From a virus (taxonomy: Duplodnaviria > Caudoviricetes): a stretch of DNA of 40,682 nt. Positions 8,361 through 17,237 of this stretch are shown in pieces (the stretch's first letter is position 1; every line of letters begins with the position of its first letter). A model generated the notes under the pieces. The model ran no database searches. It saw only the letters and a program-made list of their open reading frames with translations, and was not told where the DNA came from. The translations under genes were made by a program, and so were the position numbers. The DNA lies in the IMG/VR virus record IMGVR_UViG_3300037467_000275, positions 1 through 40,682 of that record, one strand, 5' to 3'.

Positions 8361-10456
8361 TGGCCGGCGTTGATGTTGGAACCGCCTACCTGACCGTTGT
8401 CCCGTCGGCTAAGGGCTTCGCCGGGAACCTGCAGCGCGAGCTCGGTTCGGGCATGTCCGCTGCCGGTAAGCGCGCCGGCTCGGATGCGGCTGACGGGTTC
8501 GGGTCGTCGTTCAAGAGCGGCGTCTCCAACGTCGCAAAGGCTGGCGCGCTGCTCCTCGCTGGAGCTGCCGCTGGCGGTGTCGCGTTCGTGAAGGGCTCCA
8601 TCTCTGAGGCCCGTGAGGCGCAGAAGGTCGGCGCCATCACGGAGCAGATCATCAAGTCCACGGGCGGCGTCGCGAAGGTCACTGCGGCTCAGGTGGGCGA
8701 CCTCGCCACGGCCATCAGCAACAAGACGGGCGTCGACGACGAGGCCATCCAGGCTGGCGCGAACATGCTGCTCACGTTCAAGAATGTGCGCAACGAGGCC
8801 GGCAAGGGCGCCGACGTGTTCGACCGCGCCACGAAGGCTGCTGCGGACCTGTCTGCGGCCGGGTTCGGCGACATGGCCGGCCAGTCGAAGATGCTCGGCA
8901 AGGCACTGAACGACCCCGTCAAGGGCATCAGCGCGCTGTCTCGCTCGGGTGTCACGTTCACCGAGCAGCAGAAGGCGCAGATCAAGACGCTTGTCGCGTC
9001 GGGCAAGACGCTCGAGGCGCAGAAGATCATCCTCGGCGAAGTCGAGTCCCAGGTCGGCGGCACTGCGGAGGCGTCCGCTACTGCTGGCGAGAAGCTGGCG
9101 ACGGCATGGGGCAACTTCAAAGAGGGCATCGGCACAAGCTTGCTGCCTCTCGTGGACAAGCTCGCTACGTTCCTCAAGGACCGGCTGCTGCCAGGCGCTC
9201 AGGGCATCATCGACATCTTCGCCAAGGGCAAGGTGACGGACAACTTCGCCAAGGCGTTCAAGATCGAGGACGAGTCGAAACTGGCCGACTTCCTGTTTCG
9301 CGTGCGCGACGGCCTCAAGGCCGTGTCCGCGAACGTCAAGGAGTTCGTTGCCGGGTTCAAGTCTGGCGAGGGTGCGGGCGGCGCGTTCCGCGAGAACCTC
9401 GCGAAGCTCGTCGACATCGCCAAGGAGCTGTGGCCGTCCCTCAAGGACATTGCCAAGCAGTTGTATGCGGCGCACAAGGCTGTCGGTATCTCGACGTGGT
9501 CGGCGTTCCAGCCGATCATCGCGGCACTGCCGGGCATCCTCGAGTCGCTGGCCCCACTGCTCGCGTCCGTGGCGAAGTTCATGGGCGAGAACAAGGAACT
9601 CGTCGGAGCTCTCGTTGCCGCGCTAGGCGCAGGCATCGCGGCATTCAAGATCCTCTCCCCCATCGTCAAGGCTTACACGGTCGTTCAGGGCTTGCTCAAT
9701 GTAGTGATGACTGCGAACCCGATCGGCCTAGTCGTGGTGGCGCTCGCTGCTCTCGCCGCAGGATTGATCTACGCCTACAACAACAGTGAGACCTTCCGGT
9801 CATACGTGACTACGGCGTTCAGCATGGTGAAGATTGGCGCGCTGACGCTCGCCAGGGTCGCCGTGACGGCGTTCCAGTTCCTCGCGAACGTGTGGCTCAC
9901 GGTCGTTGGCGCGCTCCTCGACGGCGCCGCTACGGCGTTCGGCTGGGTGCCCGGCATTGGGCCGAAACTGCAGGGCGCCGCGACGGAGTTCGGCAAGTTC
10001 AAGACTGCAGCGAACACGCAACTCGACGCGATCAAGAACGACCTGCAGGTCAACATCAACACCGAGCTGGCGAGCGTCGCGCTCGAGGAGTTGCACCGCG
10101 AGTTCATCAACAAGGGCTGGACGGTGACGGCTGAGGTCAACACGCGCATGGTGTACGCGGGCGCTGGACAGTTGGTCCCGGCCCCACGCGCCACGGGCGG
10201 CCCCGTGTCTGCGGGTGGCGTCTATGCCGTGGGCGATAACCCTGACGGGTCGTGGAACCGCACGACGGAACTGCTCGTGCCTAGTCGTCCGGGAACCGTC
10301 GTGAACCAGGAGCAGATCGCTGCGGCGCTCGGCGGACGATCTGGCGGCCTGTCGCAAAGCGACATTGACCGGCTCGCTTACGCCTTCTCGCAGGTTCAGG
10401 TGAAGGCGTCCATCTCGGCCCATTCGGTCAGTGAAGCATTGGTGGCGGGAATGTGA
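8357..10456 (+). CDS. Tape measure protein
   Basis: Start VGTAYLTVVPSAKGF, Ala/Gly-rich helical repeats, ANPIGLVV, C-terminal RATGGPV; 699 aa. Confidence 0.92.
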   Translation: MMAGVDVGTAYLTVVPSAKGFAGNLQRELGSGMSAAGKRAGSDAADGFGSSFKSGVSNVAKAGALLLAGAAAGGVAFVKGSISEAREAQKVGAITEQIIKSTGGVAKVTAAQVGDLATAISNKTGVDDEAIQAGANMLLTFKNVRNEAGKGADVFDRATKAAADLSAAGFGDMAGQSKMLGKALNDPVKGISALSRSGVTFTEQQKAQIKTLVASGKTLEAQKIILGEVESQVGGTAEASATAGEKLATAWGNFKEGIGTSLLPLVDKLATFLKDRLLPGAQGIIDIFAKGKVTDNFAKAFKIEDESKLADFLFRVRDGLKAVSANVKEFVAGFKSGEGAGGAFRENLAKLVDIAKELWPSLKDIAKQLYAAHKAVGISTWSAFQPIIAALPGILESLAPLLASVAKFMGENKELVGALVAALGAGIAAFKILSPIVKAYTVVQGLLNVVMTANPIGLVVVALAALAAGLIYAYNNSETFRSYVTTAFSMVKIGALTLARVAVTAFQFLANVWLTVVGALLDGAATAFGWVPGIGPKLQGAATEFGKFKTAANTQLDAIKNDLQVNINTELASVALEELHREFINKGWTVTAEVNTRMVYAGAGQLVPAPRATGGPVSAGGVYAVGDNPDGSWNRTTELLVPSRPGTVVNQEQIAAALGGRSGGLSQSDIDRLAYAFSQVQVKASISAHSVSEALVAGM

Positions 10457-11193
10457 GCAGATGGCCCAACACAGTAACGATCGGCGACTTCGTCGCGGAC
10501 CTCGACGACCCCGGCGACTTCCGGCTCACAACCAAGGTTGAGGGCTGGGCGTCACCGCCTCGCCGACTCGACAACAACGACCTCACCGGCCGCGACGGCG
10601 GGTGGCGTTCCGGGGGCCTATTCGCCGCACGGACCATCGTCCACTCGGGGTTCGTCGACCAGGCTACGCCCGCAGCGGCGGCGTCGATCGTTGACTCTCT
10701 GGCGGCGATCCGGCCAGGCGCGCTCACGCCTTACACGGTGGAGCACGAGTCTTTGGGCGCCCGGCAGGTCGATGCGTGCGTCGCTGTCGGTATCGAGCCG
10801 AGCTGGATGGATGACAGGTCGTTCACGTACTCGATGACCCTTGTCGCCTATGACCCGTTCAAGAGGTCTACGACGCCGCGCACGACTGTTGTTGCGGCCG
10901 GCGCGACTGTCGCGGTTGACAACGACGGGACGGCTGCGGCTGACCTGATCGTGACGCTCACCTCGTCGGGCACGGTCTTGCTGACGTCGGGTGGTGTCAC
11001 GTTGACGACGGGCACGCTTCCGTCGGGTGCGGTCATCGACACGGGCGCGTGCACGGTCGTTTCGAGCGGCGGCGTGGACTTGTTCTCGTCGGTGCTGGTG
11101 CCGCGGTTCCCTGCGCTGCCTGCGGGTGGCGGGTCGGTGCATCAGGCGGGCACTGCTGGCCTGTCCGTACAGACCTTCGACACTTACGCCTAG
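10453..11193 (+). CDS. Distal tail protein (Dit)
   Basis: Follows TMP; VEGWASPP...GRDG...L.AYDPFK...NDGT. Confidence 0.75.
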   Translation: MSRWPNTVTIGDFVADLDDPGDFRLTTKVEGWASPPRRLDNNDLTGRDGGWRSGGLFAARTIVHSGFVDQATPAAAASIVDSLAAIRPGALTPYTVEHESLGARQVDACVAVGIEPSWMDDRSFTYSMTLVAYDPFKRSTTPRTTVVAAGATVAVDNDGTAAADLIVTLTSSGTVLLTSGGVTLTTGTLPSGAVIDTGACTVVSSGGVDLFSSVLVPRFPALPAGGGSVHQAGTAGLSVQTFDTYA

Positions 11194-11201
11194 GAGGGCG
11201 C

Positions 11202-11567
11202 ATGGCTACGTTCCCCACTTCTTCGTTTGGTGGCGATCTGCTCGACCAGCTCTCGGGGCACACGACGGCGTTGGCGATTTACACGGTGCCTCCGACGAAG
11301 GCTGGCGGCGGCACTGAGGTGCAGCGTGTGACGTTTTCGTTGGCGGCGTCGGTGGATGGTGGCGTGGGTCGCACGTCGCAGCGCACGGGCACGAACGTGC
11401 TGTTTCTGGCGGTGCCTGAGGACTCGGGCGACCTGCTCGGCATCGCGATCGTGGACGACGATACGGACGAGATCCTCGTGGTGGATGACGCCTGGACGCC
11501 TGTCAACACGTTCTCGGCCGGCGACAACATGCTTGTCGACGCGCTGACCGTGTTCACCGAGAACTGA
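11202..11567 (+). CDS. Minor tail protein
   Basis: AGGAGGG RBS and ATG at 11202; LAIYTVPP...GGTEV..., beta-rich. Confidence 0.6.
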   Translation: MATFPTSSFGGDLLDQLSGHTTALAIYTVPPTKAGGGTEVQRVTFSLAASVDGGVGRTSQRTGTNVLFLAVPEDSGDLLGIAIVDDDTDEILVVDDAWTPVNTFSAGDNMLVDALTVFTEN

Positions 11568-11590
11568 CCTGAGACTCTAGGAGATTCGCA

Positions 11591-12040
11591 ATGGCCGCTA
11601 CCGGCAAGTTCTACCCGATGGCTCACGACTCCTTCGCTCAGAAGAAGATCGACATCGACTCGGACACGATCAAGGTGATGCTGCTGTCGGCGTACACGTA
11701 CGCCGCGACGCACCAGTACGTCAGCGACGTGAAGGGCGCCGGCACGGAGGCGTCTGGCACTGGCTACTCGGCTGGCGGCGCGACGCTGGGCTCGGTGACG
11801 TGGACACGGTCGACGGACGTGTACAAGTTCGACGCAGCTGACACGTCGTGGACGACGACAGGCGGCGCGCTCACCGCGAAGTACGCCGTGATCTACGACT
11901 CGACGCCCGGCTCGGACGCTACGAACCCAGTCATCGGCTACATCAACCTCGACGGCTCTGGCGGCGACGTCACGTCGACCAATGGCACGTTTTCCATCGT
12001 GTGGAACGCGGGCGGGATCTTCACGCAGACCGCCTCCTGA
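11591..12040 (+). CDS. Minor tail / fibre-associated protein
   Basis: DTIKVMLL...SGTGYSAGGATL...FDAADTSW...YAVIYD...NGTFSIVWNAGGIF, a common virion protein pattern. Confidence 0.7.
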   Translation: MAATGKFYPMAHDSFAQKKIDIDSDTIKVMLLSAYTYAATHQYVSDVKGAGTEASGTGYSAGGATLGSVTWTRSTDVYKFDAADTSWTTTGGALTAKYAVIYDSTPGSDATNPVIGYINLDGSGGDVTSTNGTFSIVWNAGGIFTQTAS

Positions 12041-12084
12041 GCCACTCCCCCATTCAGCCTGTCGTCGTCGTGAGGGAGTGAATC

Positions 12085-15000
12085 GTGCCTTTCGACCCCT
12101 CGTCGCTGGCTAGCAATGTCCTTTGGCTGCGCGCCAAGGATCTCGGCGCCAACGGCTCGAGCATCACTACGTGGGCCGACCAGTCGGGCGCGGGCCACGA
12201 CGCGACGTCTTCGGTCGTCAACCCGACTGTCCAGACGTCCGCCACTCCTGGCGGCGGCAAGGCTGCGCTTTTCAACCACTCGATCCTGAACGCCCCGGCG
12301 CTCGGCCTGTCCGGCGACGGCGAGATGTGGCTGGTCATCAAGTCGACCGCTGTCGCCGACACTGCCGCCACGACGTGGAAGTTCGGCACCGCCTCCGGTG
12401 CGGATATCAACAACTACTACCCGTACTCGGGTGTCGTCTACGACGACTTTGGGTCTAACATGCGTCGCTCGTTCACGCCCACGGTCAGCCTGTCGTCGTG
12501 GCGGCTCGTGCGCGTCGGAATCACGGACGGCGGCTCAGGCACCGGCACGTGGTTCTACGAGATTGACAACGTGTCGCAGGCGTCGGTGGCCGGCGCGACG
12601 ATCTCGTGGCGCACCACCCCCTACCTGTCAAACTCGTCGTTCGGCAACAGCGGCGGGTCGGGTCTGGTAGGCAGCATCGCTGAGGTGCTGGTTCGCAACG
12701 CCGTGTCGTCGTCGGCCGAGGTCGCTGACCTAATCACCTACTTCAACACCGAACATGGGCTGTCGGTGTCCGGTGGGTCGGTGTCGGCGACGGTCAATGC
12801 GCCAGCCTTGGCGGCAACCTCTGACGTCCTCGACCCGACCGTGTTCGGCGGGTCGAATGTGAGCGTCTCCGCGCCGCTGCTTGCGGCCACGTCGGACGCG
12901 CTCGACCCGACGATCTCGCTCGGCGGAGATACTCTGGTCGACGCGCCAGCTCTGGCGGCCGTAAGCGATGTCCTCGACCCGGCTGTCGACATCGTGTCGA
13001 ACATCGCCGTCGACGCTCCCGTCCTGGCCGCCGTCAGCGACTTGCTCGACCCGACTGTCATTGGCGGCACGGACGTTTCCGTGTCGGCTCCGGTGCTTGC
13101 CGGCATGTCGGACGCGCTGAATCCGACGGTGATCCTCGACTCTGCGGAGGCTGTCGATCTTGGCATCCGCCTCGGGCTCGAGGTCTCCGATCAGGTCGTC
13201 ACATTCGACACGGAGACCGTCGACGTCGGCATCCGGCTCGGGCTCGAAGTGTCCGACGTCATCATCCACGCCGTCGAAACTGTCGAGCTCGGCATCGGTC
13301 TCGGGCTGCGCACCTACACCCCGAAGGCTTGGGGTGAGGATGTCCGCACGGGTCGGCCGGCGCCGCGGATCGACATCGCAGATCGTGACGGCACGCTCGT
13401 CGCGACCCTGCCGAAGTCGACGCTGAAGCCGCTCACGACCGGCGTCAACGTCCTCGACCGGTTCGGGTTCACGGTCGACCGGAACGACGACCGGGCGCGC
13501 CTGATTCAGCCTGTCGCGCATGAGGCGTACCTGTACCGCGGGAACGTGCTGATGGCGAAGGGCCCGATCGGTCCCGGCCAGTCCGGTGACGCGTTCACGT
13601 CGTACGACTGCGCCGACCCGCGCTGGCACTTCGCGGACGGGCGGCGCCGCATCGGCCGCATCCCGAAGCGTCAACTGCTCCTGAACCCTGGCTTCACCGA
13701 GGGTGCGAACGGTTTGGCGCACTGGGTCGGCGGCTGGGATGACGGGTCTGCTCTGGAGTCCGCTCCTGAGGCGTCCGTCGTCGACGAGTCCTACGCCCGG
13801 TCGGGTAAGGCGCTCGAGCTCGGCGGCGTCGACAAGGTGCTGCGCGGCACGGAGACGCTGGAGACGGCTGCCGTGTTCAAGGGCAACCGGCCGTACGCGT
13901 GGGAGCCGCTCGCGAACGGGTTCCTGCCCGGTGGCGAGGCCGCCATCACCGCGATCGCGAACATGATGACCGGCCCCGCGCCCGTCGTGCACATCACGGG
14001 CCACACCGCCGACGCGGACGCTGGCGACGGTCAGGCACTGTCGGAGCGGCGCGCGCTCGCGGCGAAGGCTGTCGTGCTCGCGCGCTGGCCCGCCGCTGTC
14101 GTCACGACCGAAGGCAAGGGCGAGACAGAGCCTGCGGTCAAGGGCCACACCGAGGCGGCGTACCGGAAGAACCGTCGCGTCGTGTTCGACTTCGACCGGA
14201 ACGTCTCCGCGGTCGGTCACCGCCAGTTCTATTACCAGTGGGTGACGGTCACACAGCCGACGTCGGCGAAGGTGCCCCTGCCTCTGACGTTCGCCGCGGA
14301 CATGCGGATCATCGAATGGCTCGGTGCCCCTGGCGACGGGTGGGCGATCCTCGTCCGCGCCAAACGCGGCTCGACCGTCATCGACGAGGCGAACGCGACG
14401 ATGGACGAGTTCACGCCGCGGGTCCGGTGGGCGCACTACGAGGGGACCGTCGAGATCCCCGCAGACGGCATCGCCACCGCAGTGCAGGTCCGGCTGTACC
14501 CGCCCGCAGGTTCGTCGCGGTGGGCGAACGCCGGCCTGTGGCCGCAGGACCAGCTCGGGTTCTTCGACGTCGACCAGGCGCTCATCGTCAAGGGCATCGT
14601 CGAGCACGTGCAGGACGAGTCCCTCGGTCACGGCGACCTCGGCATCGGCACCCGCACCCCGCTCACGGGCGTCCCGCGAACGCGCGAGTACCCGTACCAC
14701 GAGCGGATGCCAGCCGACACGGCGATGGAGTGGTTCACGTCCATCGACAAGGGCATGGATATCGACTATGACCAGGTCCGCAATCAGGTCGTGACGCACT
14801 ACCCGCGCCAGGGCACTTCTGTGGATCTGGCGCTGGTGCATGGCGGTCGCCGGTCGAACGTCGTGGCGTACAAGCCGCTGTCGACGTCCGCGCTGGCGTT
14901 GGCGTCGAACGTGATCGTGCAGGCTGACGGTTCGGGCGCGTCCCGACCGGAAGGCTACGCGCGCGACTCGGCCGCTCTGGGCGGGACTCTGGTTGAGGGT

Positions 15001-15267
15001 GTCATCTCCGCTGAGGAGGAGACGCCGCTGTCGGAGCTCGACGAGGGCGCCGCGTCCGCGCTCGCTGCGTCGCTGCGTGCCCGGCCCGGCTGGGAGGTCA
15101 CCGTGTCGCCCGACTGGACGACGCGCGTGCTCGACGAGACCGGCAAGGGCGACACGCTGCGGCTGGCGCTCCCTGACGAGGGTGTGGACGGCCCGCACCG
15201 GCTCGTCTCGTCCCAGTGGGACCCGGAGACGGACATCGTGACCCTGACGCTCATCGAGGAGGCGTAA
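12085..15267 (+). CDS. Multidomain tail tip/hub protein: LamG-like N-terminus, repeat stalk, Gp37-like hub with inserted CBM and OmpA-like domain
   Basis: LWLRA...WADQSG.G...GSIAEV (lectin-like); 24-aa repeats; hub motifs DVDQALI...GDLGI...RTREY...KGD; NPGF CBM; HITGHT...LSERRA...GKGE..P...NRRV. Confidence 0.85.
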   Translation: MPFDPSSLASNVLWLRAKDLGANGSSITTWADQSGAGHDATSSVVNPTVQTSATPGGGKAALFNHSILNAPALGLSGDGEMWLVIKSTAVADTAATTWKFGTASGADINNYYPYSGVVYDDFGSNMRRSFTPTVSLSSWRLVRVGITDGGSGTGTWFYEIDNVSQASVAGATISWRTTPYLSNSSFGNSGGSGLVGSIAEVLVRNAVSSSAEVADLITYFNTEHGLSVSGGSVSATVNAPALAATSDVLDPTVFGGSNVSVSAPLLAATSDALDPTISLGGDTLVDAPALAAVSDVLDPAVDIVSNIAVDAPVLAAVSDLLDPTVIGGTDVSVSAPVLAGMSDALNPTVILDSAEAVDLGIRLGLEVSDQVVTFDTETVDVGIRLGLEVSDVIIHAVETVELGIGLGLRTYTPKAWGEDVRTGRPAPRIDIADRDGTLVATLPKSTLKPLTTGVNVLDRFGFTVDRNDDRARLIQPVAHEAYLYRGNVLMAKGPIGPGQSGDAFTSYDCADPRWHFADGRRRIGRIPKRQLLLNPGFTEGANGLAHWVGGWDDGSALESAPEASVVDESYARSGKALELGGVDKVLRGTETLETAAVFKGNRPYAWEPLANGFLPGGEAAITAIANMMTGPAPVVHITGHTADADAGDGQALSERRALAAKAVVLARWPAAVVTTEGKGETEPAVKGHTEAAYRKNRRVVFDFDRNVSAVGHRQFYYQWVTVTQPTSAKVPLPLTFAADMRIIEWLGAPGDGWAILVRAKRGSTVIDEANATMDEFTPRVRWAHYEGTVEIPADGIATAVQVRLYPPAGSSRWANAGLWPQDQLGFFDVDQALIVKGIVEHVQDESLGHGDLGIGTRTPLTGVPRTREYPYHERMPADTAMEWFTSIDKGMDIDYDQVRNQVVTHYPRQGTSVDLALVHGGRRSNVVAYKPLSTSALALASNVIVQADGSGASRPEGYARDSAALGGTLVEGVISAEEETPLSELDEGAASALAASLRARPGWEVTVSPDWTTRVLDETGKGDTLRLALPDEGVDGPHRLVSSQWDPETDIVTLTLIEEA
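12781..13317 (+). repeat. Coding tandem repeats in the tail protein
   Basis: Five 24-aa units (V.AP.LAA.SD.LDPTV) followed by about three 21-22-aa units (E.VD.GIRLGLEVSD). Confidence 0.85.
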
Positions 15268-15854
15268 TGCGCGCACCTGACGGCAGGCCCTACGTCCGCG
15301 ACGGCATCGGTGAGCAGTTCCGCGCCGGCCGCAAAGCTGACGACGTGCTGTCCCGTCGCCTGAACCGTCAGCCACGCATCCCCGAAGCCACGTCCGGCAT
15401 CACGGGTGTGACGCGGTTGACGGCCGGCAGCATCGTCCAGGCGAACGATGTGGCGCCGGTCGGGTCGTCAGTGACGTTCGCCGACTACACCATCGCCGCC
15501 CTGTTCGGCGACGCTGTGTCGGTCACGGAGGACATCGACGGCAAGATCACGCTCGGAGCTGCCGGGTTCTACGAGTGCCGCGCCTATGTGCGGCTCGCGT
15601 GGGACTCCACGGACGCTGTCGACGAGGTGCGCATCTCTGCCGACTACGAGGGCGCCGGGGACGACTACCCGCTCGACTTCTACCGGCTTGGTTCGGCGGA
15701 TGGTTTGGGCGGTTCACCGTCGCTGCGCCGCACGTTCTCGTGGGGGCCGTTCCATGTGGATGCGGGCGGCTGGACGTTCTTCGGTGTGAACTGGATGACG
15801 AACGAGAACTGTTTCCTGTCGTCGATGGCGCTTGACGTGTGGCGGGTCGGCTAG
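15267..15854 (+). CDS. Minor tail protein, possible receptor-binding head
   Basis: ATG overlaps the upstream TAA; DGKITLGAAGFYECRAYVRL resembles C1q/TNF-like beta heads (inference). Confidence 0.6.
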   Translation: MRAPDGRPYVRDGIGEQFRAGRKADDVLSRRLNRQPRIPEATSGITGVTRLTAGSIVQANDVAPVGSSVTFADYTIAALFGDAVSVTEDIDGKITLGAAGFYECRAYVRLAWDSTDAVDEVRISADYEGAGDDYPLDFYRLGSADGLGGSPSLRRTFSWGPFHVDAGGWTFFGVNWMTNENCFLSSMALDVWRVG

Positions 15855-15857
15855 ACG

Positions 15858-15949
15858 CACGAAACCCCGCCCGTGTCGCGTTCGGGTGGCCGGGCTGGGA
15901 GGAGCCCATTCTTCCCAGGGGGCGCCGCGACAGGGGCGGGGCAGTTCGT
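15858..15949 (-). terminator. Long branched hairpin between convergent genes
   Basis: CCCCGCCC-TGTCGCG pairs with CGCGACA-GGGCGGGG around an internal CTGGGA..TCCCAG hairpin; followed by TTTCGT on the minus strand. Confidence 0.6.
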
Positions 15950-15954
15950 GACGG

Positions 15955-16104
15955 TCAGCGCGACTGGGTCTTTCCACCCGAGGTCGGCTGCGTGCGGTGG
16001 TTCTCGCGATCGTGACGCAGGGTGTCGCGCATGTGGACGTGCGCACCGCAGATAGCGCAGCGCTGCAACTTCCCGCCCTGCTCGTGTGTGCCGGTCCAAG
16101 GCAT
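15955..16104 (-). CDS. Small zinc-finger-like protein (49 aa)
   Basis: Not in the ORF track. GAAGGAG RBS; MPWTGTHEQGGKLQRCAICGAHVHMRDTLRHDRENH (CxxC...HxxxxH). Confidence 0.65.
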   Translation of the reverse strand: MPWTGTHEQGGKLQRCAICGAHVHMRDTLRHDRENHRTQPTSGGKTQSR

Positions 16105-16121
16105 GCGGATCTCCTTCTGGG

Positions 16122-16265
16122 TCAGTCGACGGTGAGCTTCGCGAGGGCCTCGGCCAGTGCGGGCCGGGAAGCGTTGGCGAGACGCTGACGCAGCACGTAC
16201 GCGGCGAGGTCCTTGTCGGTGTCGCAGGCGGCGATCCGTCGGTCGCGGTTGCTGGTGGTGTCCAT
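16122..16265 (-). CDS. Small hypothetical protein (47 aa; alternative in-frame start at 16295)
   Basis: Not in the ORF track. GAGGAG RBS; MDTTSNRDRRIAACDTDKDLAAYVLRQRLAN... Confidence 0.65.
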   Translation of the reverse strand: MDTTSNRDRRIAACDTDKDLAAYVLRQRLANASRPALAEALAKLTVD

Positions 16266-16363
16266 GTCGTGCTCCTCGGTTGGCTGCTGGCTCATCGTGT
16301 CCCCTGCTGGTCTGGTGCCTGTCAGTGCGCCTTGTTGCGGGTCTGATACATCATGACACAGAT

Positions 16364-16433
16364 TTGTCGACCGACAAGTGGTAAAGCCAAAGATTCACGC
16401 AAGAAACCGTGAGCCTTGCTTGGCGACCGTCAA
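16364..16433. promoter_or_regulatory. Two related palindromic operators in a divergent promoter region
   Basis: TTGTCGACCGACAA (16364-16377) and TTGGCGACCGTCAA (16420-16433). Each overlaps a putative -35 (leftward -10 CATGAT; rightward -10 TAGGGT at 16442-16447). Confidence 0.65.
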
Positions 16434-16453
16434 CACCCAGATAGGGTGCAGAC

Positions 16454-16645
16454 GTGGACAGCAAGCTCGTAGGCGTCGCGGAGATGGCGCTCATGCTCGG
16501 GGTCACCCGTCAGCGTGTGCAGCAACTCACCCAGCGACCCGACTTCCCCGAGCCGCGCCACCGCTTCATCATGGGCAACGCCTGGCTGCTGACCGACTTC
16601 ACGGAGTGGGCCAAGGCGAATGGGCGCACGCTCCGCAAGATCTGA
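16454..16645 (+). CDS. AlpA/excisionase-like HTH DNA-binding protein
   Basis: LVGVAEMALMLGVTRQRVQQL...DFPEP...W; probably leaderless (TAGGGT-6nt-GTG). Confidence 0.85.
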   Translation: MDSKLVGVAEMALMLGVTRQRVQQLTQRPDFPEPRHRFIMGNAWLLTDFTEWAKANGRTLRKI

Positions 16646-16757
16646 GCATGCAAAGACCCACCCCCCGCCGCTGGCACAGCGAGGGGTGGGCGCATTAGTC
16701 AGAGGCGCCAAGTCCGCCCCTGATACAAGCCAGCACCCAGCAGATGAGGACAGGGAA

Positions 16758-17219
16758 ATGCCCACCGTACTGCACCGCACAGCCCGACGACTGACCAAGA
16801 AACTCGGGGTTCACGGCTCGGGCCTAGTGCTCATCGCCATCATGTGGACCCTCATCGGAATCAGTGCACTGTCACCGCAGCCGGCGCAGCCACAACCAGG
16901 CGCATACCTTTTGCACCAATACATCCCGCCCGTCATCACCGCAACGATGTGGTTCACGGCCGGGCTGGGATGCCTCGCCGCAGCCCTCGACCGCAACGGC
17001 CCCCGGCGCGACGGACTCGCCCTCGCCCTCGCTGTCATCCCGCCCGTCATCCGAGTCACGTCCTACCTGTGGTCGTGGGGCATCAGCCTCATCCCTGGCG
17101 ACCCAGCCGGCTCCCCTCGCGGGTGGTACGCCGCGGCCCTGTTCTCCTGCCTCGTCGCGCTTGTGTGGCTCGTCGCCGCCATCCCCGAGGAGAACGGAAA
17201 CGGCAAGCCGCACCCCTAA
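16758..17219 (+). CDS. Membrane protein (about 4 TM), lysis cassette
   Basis: Four hydrophobic segments; GAGGA/AGGG RBS before ATG 16758; lies upstream of the endolysin. Confidence 0.7.
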   Translation: MPTVLHRTARRLTKKLGVHGSGLVLIAIMWTLIGISALSPQPAQPQPGAYLLHQYIPPVITATMWFTAGLGCLAAALDRNGPRRDGLALALAVIPPVIRVTSYLWSWGISLIPGDPAGSPRGWYAAALFSCLVALVWLVAAIPEENGNGKPHP

Positions 17220-17237
17220 CGAGAGGCCCCGGCGCCC

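Noticed and set aside
12730-15375. 881-aa reverse-strand ORF (also 8021-9475, 27223-28425 and similar)
   Set aside because: Antisense shadows of well-supported genes, expected at high GC; no motifs or RBS.
12085-15854. Diversity-generating retroelement or invertible tail cassette
   Set aside because: No reverse transcriptase, template repeat or invertase seen anywhere in the window.
15880-15930. HDV-like ribozyme suggested by GGC-TCCTCCCA-GCC on the minus strand
   Set aside because: No matching P1, P1.1 GG or P2 pairing could be built.
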